64,000 nt of DNA from an uncultured Gemmatimonas sp. (GTDB lineage: Bacteria > Gemmatimonadota > Gemmatimonadetes > Longimicrobiales > Longimicrobiaceae). The stretch is taken from the NCBI GenBank assembly GCA_964424945.1, contig CAYRLB010000001.1, positions 7,047-71,046 of the forward strand. Reading direction: 5' to 3'. Both the position numbers and the translations under genes were made by a program. Shown here one piece after another: positions 58,343 through 64,000 of this stretch (the stretch's first letter is position 1; each line of letters starts with the position of its first letter). The notes beneath the pieces were generated by a model, which was given only the letters and a program-made list of their open reading frames with translations, was not told the DNA's origin and made no database searches.

Positions 58343-60004
58343 TCAGAGCACGGCGAGCCGGTCGGGAAGCTCTTCGTCCGGTTCGACCATCAACGTCTTC
58401 ACGCGCTGGGGGATGACGAGCCCTGGCGCGGCCCCGCGCGGCTTCCTCACATGCTTGCGGCGCGTCCAGTCGACCGCTACGAGACCCGAGCTGCGGGCCC
58501 GGCTGAAGAGCGCGGCGAGTTGCGCCGCCTCCTCGAGGTCGCGCGCCGGTGGAGCCCCTGCCGGATCCTTCCATCGCAGAATGACATGCGACCCGGCGAC
58601 GGAACGCGCATGAAGCCAGACGTCGTTCGGTGACGATTCCTGGAAAGTCAGCCGATCGTTGTCCCGTGAGCTGCGGCCGACACGGCATTCGATTCCGCCG
58701 GACGTTCGAAAGGTGCGGTAGGGAAGGGCGGGCGCAGCTACGCTGGAGGCTGAACGCGCCACCTTCTTTTCCGCCGCATGGCGCAATCGCTCGGCGAGTC
58801 TTTCCGGCACCCGCCCGCTTGACACCTCCTCCAGTGCCGCAAGCCATTCCCGGCGCTCCTCTTCCGCTGCCTGCATCAGGGCGGGGATCCGAGCCTGGGC
58901 GCGCTCCTTCCGCCGCGCCTCCTCGTACAGCCGCTTCGCATTTTCGGCGGGGCCTATCTCCGGGTCGAGCGGAATGCGAACCGTTGCGCCATCCCATCCC
59001 TCCAGCTCGATCTCGGCCATTCCTCGACGTGCATCGGCGATCCGTGCCAGAAGAAGGTCGCCCCACCCGCGCAGGCGTTCGGCCTCACCGCTGGCCGCTG
59101 TGAGCTGGGCCTGAAGCCGGTCGATTTTGCGTGCGGTCGCGGCCAGGCGGTCGCGGACCATCCGTTCGGCCGCACCCGCATCGAGGGTCGGACCCTCTTC
59201 AGCATCGACGGAAGGGGTGCGTTCGGCGACCCTCGCCATCGCCGTGAGCAGCGAAGGCTCCGGCTCGAATTCCCACCCGTCGAGCCTAAGAGGGTACGGA
59301 TGGCCCCCGCCCGCCGCCGCGAGGATACCCGGCTCGGCTACGGGCGCCGAACGGAGCCACCACCAGCGCTCGAACGCGGCTTCATCCGTTTCCGCCTCCA
59401 GGATCCATCGCGTGTTGAGTGTACCGGTGAGGGCAAGCGTCCGGAGGATCGCGTCGCGGCGTTCAGCACGGGGCAACGCTTCAACGCGCGAATCCCAGAG
59501 CCGGCGCCCCTCAGCGAGGGTGATTTCCGCGTGGCCCGCGCGGTCCGACGGGGGCGGTGGCGTGTAGGCCTGGCCCGGAAAAAGCGCCCGGCCCCCCGCA
59601 CGCCGACCGCGGAGCACATTCACGATGGAGGAGGTCGACCGGTCGAGGACGATCGCGTTCCACTGGTTCGTGTGGAGTTCGAGGACGATGGAGCGTGACA
59701 CATCCCGGAATCGGCCGACGACATCCATGTCGATGATGAGACGCCGCTCGTCCGCCGGTGCCGAGATCCCCGTACAGATCGCGTCCAGCTCCTCGTACTC
59801 GTCCGTCGTCGGGAGTACCCGGACCCAGCCGCGCCCGGGGTGCAGGTCGGCGCGCAGCACGACGCCCCCTTCGAAGGGGAGGGTTACAGAGAGGTCGGGC
59901 GCGAAGAAAGGGGCCGCGGTGCAGCCGCGGCCCCGGAGGCGCGCATCGAGTTCTTCAGCGAGATAGCGCGCGATCAATGGGTCGTACTGGATCTTGTTTG
60001 ACAC
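58343..60004 (-). CDS. rqcH: NFACT-family protein (RqcH / fibronectin-binding protein A-like)
   Basis: NFACT-N-like N-terminus, central coiled-coil, and NFACT-R/DUF814 motif 'NDVWLHARSVAGSHVILRW'. Confidence 0.8.
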   Translation of the reverse strand: MSNKIQYDPLIARYLAEELDARLRGRGCTAAPFFAPDLSVTLPFEGGVVLRADLHPGRGWVRVLPTTDEYEELDAICTGISAPADERRLIIDMDVVGRFRDVSRSIVLELHTNQWNAIVLDRSTSSIVNVLRGRRAGGRALFPGQAYTPPPPSDRAGHAEITLAEGRRLWDSRVEALPRAERRDAILRTLALTGTLNTRWILEAETDEAAFERWWWLRSAPVAEPGILAAAGGGHPYPLRLDGWEFEPEPSLLTAMARVAERTPSVDAEEGPTLDAGAAERMVRDRLAATARKIDRLQAQLTAASGEAERLRGWGDLLLARIADARRGMAEIELEGWDGATVRIPLDPEIGPAENAKRLYEEARRKERAQARIPALMQAAEEERREWLAALEEVSSGRVPERLAERLRHAAEKKVARSASSVAAPALPYRTFRTSGGIECRVGRSSRDNDRLTFQESSPNDVWLHARSVAGSHVILRWKDPAGAPPARDLEEAAQLAALFSRARSSGLVAVDWTRRKHVRKPRGAAPGLVIPQRVKTLMVEPDEELPDRLAVL

Positions 60005-60123
60005 CCCCTAATCATGGAGCTAGCTTTTCGGCTCGTCAATAAAACCTTTGTGCGACAAGGGTTTTCAGGATATCTGCGAGCCGTCGAGCGTCTCGCCAGC
60101 CGCTGCCAGAGCCCGGAGTCCCG

Positions 60124-60951
60124 ATGTCTACGCAGAACCGAAGCACAGCCCGGAAAGTTACGGTGCTGGATCTGCGGGAGATGAAGGAAAAGAGTAAGCG
60201 TATCGCAGTTCTCACTGCATACGATTACCTCTTCGCCCGCCTTGTCGACGCTGCCGGTACGGACGTCATACTCGTCGGTGATTCGCTCGCTCAGGTCGTC
60301 CTCGGTCTCGAATCCACCCTGCCCGTCACGCTCGACGACATGATCCATCACGCGCGCGCCGTCGTGCGAGGGGTGGACCGCGCTCTCGTCGTCGTCGACA
60401 TGCCCTTCATGAGCTACGAAGTCTCTCCGGCCGAGGCGGTCCGCAACGCAGGACGGATCCTGAAGGAGACGGGCGCGCAGGCGGTAAAGGTCGAGGGTGG
60501 AAGCCCTCAGATCGCCGAAACGATCGCCGCCATTCGCCGCGCAGGCATCCCTGTCATGGCACACCTCGGCCTGACCCCTCAGGCGGTTCATGCGCTCGGG
60601 GGCTATCGGGTCCAGGGTCGTGGTGATGAGGGGCGCGAGCAGCTTCTCGAAGAATCTCGCCGGATCGAAGCCGCCGGGGCTTTCGCCGTCGTGCTGGAGA
60701 TGGTCCCGGGGCCGCTGGCGGGTGAACTGACTGCGGCGCTCTCCATCCCCACGATCGGGATCGGGGCGGGCGTCGACTGTGATGGCCAGGTGCTCGTCCT
60801 CCACGATATGCTCGGGATGAATCCGGGTTTCCAGCCCCGCTTCCTCCGGCGTTTCGGCGAGGTCGGCCGCGACGTCGAGCAGGCCCTCACCGGCTATGTC
60901 GCCGCGGTTCGCGCCGGCGAATACCCGGGTCCCGAGCACACCTTCGACTGA
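60124..60951 (+). CDS. panB: 3-methyl-2-oxobutanoate hydroxymethyltransferase
   Basis: 'LTAYDYLFARLVDAAGTDVILVGDSL', 'VKVEGG'. Confidence 0.95.
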   Translation: MSTQNRSTARKVTVLDLREMKEKSKRIAVLTAYDYLFARLVDAAGTDVILVGDSLAQVVLGLESTLPVTLDDMIHHARAVVRGVDRALVVVDMPFMSYEVSPAEAVRNAGRILKETGAQAVKVEGGSPQIAETIAAIRRAGIPVMAHLGLTPQAVHALGGYRVQGRGDEGREQLLEESRRIEAAGAFAVVLEMVPGPLAGELTAALSIPTIGIGAGVDCDGQVLVLHDMLGMNPGFQPRFLRRFGEVGRDVEQALTGYVAAVRAGEYPGPEHTFD

Positions 60952-60959
60952 TCTCGCCG

Positions 60960-61811
60960 ATGCTGCTGACCGAGACACGGTCGGACGCCCGCAGCTGGAC
61001 GAAGGATCAGAAGGGCGCGCGCATCGCCCTCGTCCCCACGATGGGCGCTCTTCATCAGGGGCATCTCTCTCTCGTCGAGCGCGCCCGCGCCTCGGCCGAT
61101 CGGGTCGCGCTCTCCATCTTCGTGAATCCCCTTCAGTTCGGTCCCTCGGAGGACCTCCAGCGATATCCGCGGGATCTCGATCGGGACATGGCGCTCGCGG
61201 AGGCGGCGGGGGTCGACATGATCTTCGCGCCCTCTGCCGCCGAGATGTATCCGGATGGCGAACCATGGATCGCGGTGGTCCCGGAGCGCGGCGCCGATCG
61301 TCTGGACGGATTGAACCGACCGGGCCATTTTCGCGGGGTGCTTACCGTCGTGGCGAAGCTCTTCGGGATCATCCGGCCCGATAGCGCGATCTTCGGTCAG
61401 AAGGATCTGCAGCAATTGACGCTCATCCGGCGGATGGCGGCGGACCTGAATTTCGCCATCGAGATCATCGCCGCGCCGACCGTCCGGGATGACGACGGGC
61501 TCGCTCTCAGCTCGAGGAATCAGTATCTGTCGGGCGAGGAGCGAGAGCGTGCCCTGGCGCTTCCGGCCGCCCTCGGGGAGTGCGAACGGCTCTTCAGATC
61601 CGGCGAGTCGGAACCGGCGGTGTACATCGAGGCGATGCGTGAAAGGATCGGCGCTGCCGGTCTCGTCGAATATGCGGAAGTGGTGGATCCGGAGACGCTC
61701 GAATCGGTCGTTCAGGTTGGATCAGGCGCCGTTTGTGCAGTTGCGGCACGCATCGGCAAGACCCGCCTGATCGACAACGCCGCCCTCGGCACCATGTTTC
61801 AGCCTGCATGA
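60960..61811 (+). CDS. panC: Pantoate--beta-alanine ligase
   Basis: 'VPTMGALHQGHLSL', 'SIFVNPLQFG', 'FGQKDLQQ'. Confidence 0.95.
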   Translation: MLLTETRSDARSWTKDQKGARIALVPTMGALHQGHLSLVERARASADRVALSIFVNPLQFGPSEDLQRYPRDLDRDMALAEAAGVDMIFAPSAAEMYPDGEPWIAVVPERGADRLDGLNRPGHFRGVLTVVAKLFGIIRPDSAIFGQKDLQQLTLIRRMAADLNFAIEIIAAPTVRDDDGLALSSRNQYLSGEERERALALPAALGECERLFRSGESEPAVYIEAMRERIGAAGLVEYAEVVDPETLESVVQVGSGAVCAVAARIGKTRLIDNAALGTMFQPA

Positions 61812-61902
61812 CGAAAGATTTCCGCCACGCCAGTATCCTGACGTCGCTCCACCGCGCCTGTCATCTTCGAAAGGGCCGGCAGGGCGCCAGCACACTCCAG
61901 GG

Positions 61903-62751
61903 ATGAGCGAGAACCAGGTTGACCGCGCCATCGTACTGGCCATGGAGGAGCCCGATTCCGGTCCGATGGTCTCCCGGATCCCGGCCTTCCTCCATCCAGT
62001 TGCCGGAAGGCCGCTGATCTGGCATACGGTCACGGGGCTTCTCACCGGCACCTGGCCGGTGCGGGAGGTGCTGGTGCTCACCCCTCCCGATTTCCCGCCG
62101 GAGATCCTTGGTGACCTCGGCAACCAGGTGGAGGTGCGAACATTCGAGCCCGCCGCCCCGTGGAAGGGACTCTCGGGGCATGGCGATGAGCTCATCCTCC
62201 TGGTGCAGGGTGCGGCGTCGATCGGCCGGGACTCGTTACCCGAACTACTCGCGGCGGGCGCCGGCGCCTGGGTCGGCGGTGAAGGTCCCGATGCCGCGGC
62301 GATCCTCGCCACTACTGAGCAACTGCTCGATATTCTGCAGCTTCCGAACCCCTTCTCCCGGGAGAACGATTTCCTCTCCCCGGATCGGCGGGTGACTGGT
62401 GACGCGGAGGTTTTCATCGTCCGCAATCGTGATAATCTCGCCAGGCTCCAACGGCGCGTCCGCGATCAGCTGGTACGATCGCTCATGGATGCGGGCGTCA
62501 CCTTCCTCCTCCCGGAGTCCGTACTCGTCGATGTGGATGTTCGGATCGGGCGGGACACCGTCGTCTATCCCGGGGTGATCCTCGAAGGCGGCACGACGAT
62601 CGGTGACGAATCGGTGATCGGGCCGGGCTGCAGGATCATCGACAGCTGGGTGGGAAGTGGTGTGGAGCTGCGGGGATGGAACTACATCTCGCACGCCTCC
62701 CTGCGTAACCGTGCGATCCTCGAGCCGTACGTCCGTCGTGGCTTCGACTGA
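61903..62751 (+). CDS. GlmU-like nucleotidyltransferase / left-handed beta-helix protein, degenerate and C-terminally short
   Basis: Collinear with the GlmU N-terminal domain and the first hexapeptide turns ('VRIGRDTVVYPGVILEGGTTIGDESVIGPGCRI'). The 'LAAGxGTRM' loop reads 'LAMEEPDSGPMVSR', and the protein stops before the acetyltransferase region. Confidence 0.6.
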   Translation: MSENQVDRAIVLAMEEPDSGPMVSRIPAFLHPVAGRPLIWHTVTGLLTGTWPVREVLVLTPPDFPPEILGDLGNQVEVRTFEPAAPWKGLSGHGDELILLVQGAASIGRDSLPELLAAGAGAWVGGEGPDAAAILATTEQLLDILQLPNPFSRENDFLSPDRRVTGDAEVFIVRNRDNLARLQRRVRDQLVRSLMDAGVTFLLPESVLVDVDVRIGRDTVVYPGVILEGGTTIGDESVIGPGCRIIDSWVGSGVELRGWNYISHASLRNRAILEPYVRRGFD

Positions 62752-63337
62752 AGACGCCCTCGAGGATCTGACGGCGGTGGAGGCGGCCGCGGCACGCGGG
62801 GAGCTCCCCGAGTGGGGGCGCGTGACGCTGCTCCGTCGGGCGCATATGGGGCGTGTCGCGGCGCTGATGGAGGAATGGGCGCAGCGGCTCTCGCTGTCGG
62901 AAGCCGAGGTGCTGCGCTGGGCCGCTGCGGGCTGGCTTCACGATGTACTGCGGGATGAGGATCCCGAGCTTCTTCGATCGGAAGTCTCTTCGAGCGAGCG
63001 GGACCTTCCCGGGCCCGTTCTGCACGGTCCCGCTGCGGCGCGCCGGCTCTCCGGGCAGGTGGACAGCCGCATCCTCTCCGCGGTCCGATACCACACGATC
63101 GGGAGCCCATCGCTCGACTCCCTCGGCCGCGCGTTATACCTCGCCGACTTTCTCGAACCCGGCCGTGACTTCGCGGTCGATTGGCGCGCATCCCTCGTCG
63201 CGCGGATGCCGGACGATCTCGATCGTGTGCTGGTTGAGGTGGTCGCCTCACGGATCGCGCATCTCGTGGAGCGAAGGAAGCCGATCCGACCGGAGACGGC
63301 CGCCTTCTGGACCTCACTCGTGGGCGGACGAAGGTGA
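62738..63337 (+). CDS. HD-domain phosphohydrolase (YqeK-like)
   Basis: 'GRVAALMEEWA', 'AGWLHDVLRD', 'AVRYHTIG', 'LYLADFLEPGR'. Start uncertain (GTG at 62738 chosen). Confidence 0.7.
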   Translation: MASTEDALEDLTAVEAAAARGELPEWGRVTLLRRAHMGRVAALMEEWAQRLSLSEAEVLRWAAAGWLHDVLRDEDPELLRSEVSSSERDLPGPVLHGPAAARRLSGQVDSRILSAVRYHTIGSPSLDSLGRALYLADFLEPGRDFAVDWRASLVARMPDDLDRVLVEVVASRIAHLVERRKPIRPETAAFWTSLVGGRR

Positions 63338-63750
63338 AGCTCAGGACGATCGCCTTTGTTCTCACCCTCGTGGCCGTTGCGGGTCTGCTGACCTCTGCGA
63401 TCTGGGGAATGGTTGGCGCCGGGGAGCCAGCGGATGCTGAGGAGGAGCGGATCACGATGGCGGATCCCCCGCGGGAGCGCATTCGCGTCGAGGTGTTGAA
63501 TGCCGCCGGCATCACGGGACTCGCCCGGCAGGTTACCCAGGAGCTGCGAGCGGCAGGGTTCGATGTCGTCACCTATGGGAACGCGGGCGCGCTGGCTCGA
63601 GATTCGACGACGATCTTCGACAGATCGGGCAACGATGCGGCGGTCGAGGCGCTGAGCGCGGCCATCGACATCTCTCGCATCGAAGAGGCGATCGACACGA
63701 CGCTGTACCTGGAAGCTACACTCGTCCTCGGCGGCGACTGGGTGCGGTAG
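63334..63750 (+). CDS. LytR C-terminal domain-containing membrane-anchored protein
   Basis: N-terminal TM helix. 'IRVEVLNAAGITGLARQVTQELRAAGFDV'. GTGA overlap with the preceding gene. Confidence 0.7.
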   Translation: MKLRTIAFVLTLVAVAGLLTSAIWGMVGAGEPADAEEERITMADPPRERIRVEVLNAAGITGLARQVTQELRAAGFDVVTYGNAGALARDSTTIFDRSGNDAAVEALSAAIDISRIEEAIDTTLYLEATLVLGGDWVR

Positions 63751-63839
63751 AGGAGTCCGGTCGCGCGTGAGCGGGGGGGCGCACGCGGGCGGGTGATGAA
63801 GACCCCGCCCGCGGCTCCGTCAGCAAAAGGGAACAGCCC

Positions 63840-64000
63840 TTACTTCCCGATCTTCACCAGCCGTCCCGTCGTTGCTTCGGCTTTGAGCTGGCCGCACGCG
63901 GCGGCGATGTCACGGCCGCGGGGCGTCCGGACGTGTACCGGGATCCCGTGCGATTCCAGCCGGTTCGCGAAGGCGCGCAGCCGTCCAGGCGGGGTCGGCT
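63840..64000 (-). CDS. rlmN: 23S rRNA/tRNA (adenine-C2)-methyltransferase RlmN, C-terminal fragment (cut by window edge)
   Basis: Hand translation of the minus strand gives '...FANRLESHGIPVHVRTPRGRDIAAACGQLKAEATTGRLVKIGK*'. 'RG.DI.AACGQL' is the RlmN C-terminal signature. Confidence 0.7.
   Translation of the reverse strand, partial: PTPPGRLRAFANRLESHGIPVHVRTPRGRDIAAACGQLKAEATTGRLVKIGK

Noticed and set aside
59974-61266. 430-aa minus-strand ORF
   Set aside because: Antisense to panB/panC. Arg-rich and low-complexity.
1-64000. Scan for CRISPR arrays, IS elements, integrases, prophage or toxin-antitoxin/defence cassettes
   Set aside because: I saw no spaced direct-repeat arrays, no transposase, recombinase or reverse-transcriptase-like ORFs, and no compositional island other than short intergenic dips. 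The window looks like core chromosome.

Overview
High-GC bacterial chromosomal segment (roughly two thirds G+C by eye), densely coding with about 65 CDS. It looks like core genome rather than an island. I saw no rRNA, tRNA, CRISPR array, transposase, integrase or phage gene. All protein calls come from motif recognition in the supplied translations; no database search was possible.

Recognisable blocks:
- Polyamine genes aguA/aguB, with a convergent MEDS-PAS-GAF histidine kinase.
- DNA-repair genes: ogt, a UDG-family gene, mfd, lexA, and a split LigD polymerase/ligase pair.
- infA and lepA.
- A minus-strand chain from the parvulin lipoprotein through surA, an S4 protein, pdxA, holB and moaC to a lytic transglycosylase. 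From the S4 gene to the transglycosylase it is joined by five consecutive 4-nt ATGA/GTGA overlaps.
- A long purine block: purF-purL-purQ-purS-pssA-purC-M32 peptidase-purB-truA.
- trpD / trpCFBA, split by an oppositely oriented lexA.
- panBC.
- Envelope genes (SurA-like and parvulin chaperones, a beta-barrel with C-terminal Phe, lipoproteins) that point to a diderm.

Most interesting points:
1. Three homologues of the archaeo-eukaryotic ribosome quality control toolkit are dispersed in the window: NFACT/RqcH, an 88-aa Hsp15/RqcP-like S4 protein, and a Vms1/eRF1-like bacterial aeRF1 protein whose GGQ position reads 'GGYSQ'. The last is a candidate nascent-chain release factor with no experimental characterisation that I know of.
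2. A Ku-less three-gene operon encodes an unknown 227-aa protein, a LigD primase-polymerase and an ATP-dependent ligase, all tightly coupled. It is divergent from the aeRF1-like gene.
3. A 732-bp low-coding gap lies between divergent infA and an FKBP gene. Each gene is preceded by a same-strand terminator-like hairpin, and the gap contains several CUUCGG hexamers, which suggests structured leaders or ncRNAs.
4. A GHKL-ATPase / cyclophilin / STAS-wHTH / YpdA (bacillithiol disulfide reductase) operon resembles a partner-switching module tied to thiol redox.

Smaller oddities: a SET-domain gene coupled to sugar kinases, a 66-aa M23 remnant inside the overlap chain, a degenerate truncated GlmU paralogue, a W-L-W upstream ORF before trpD, and a 43-aa ORF behind lexA.
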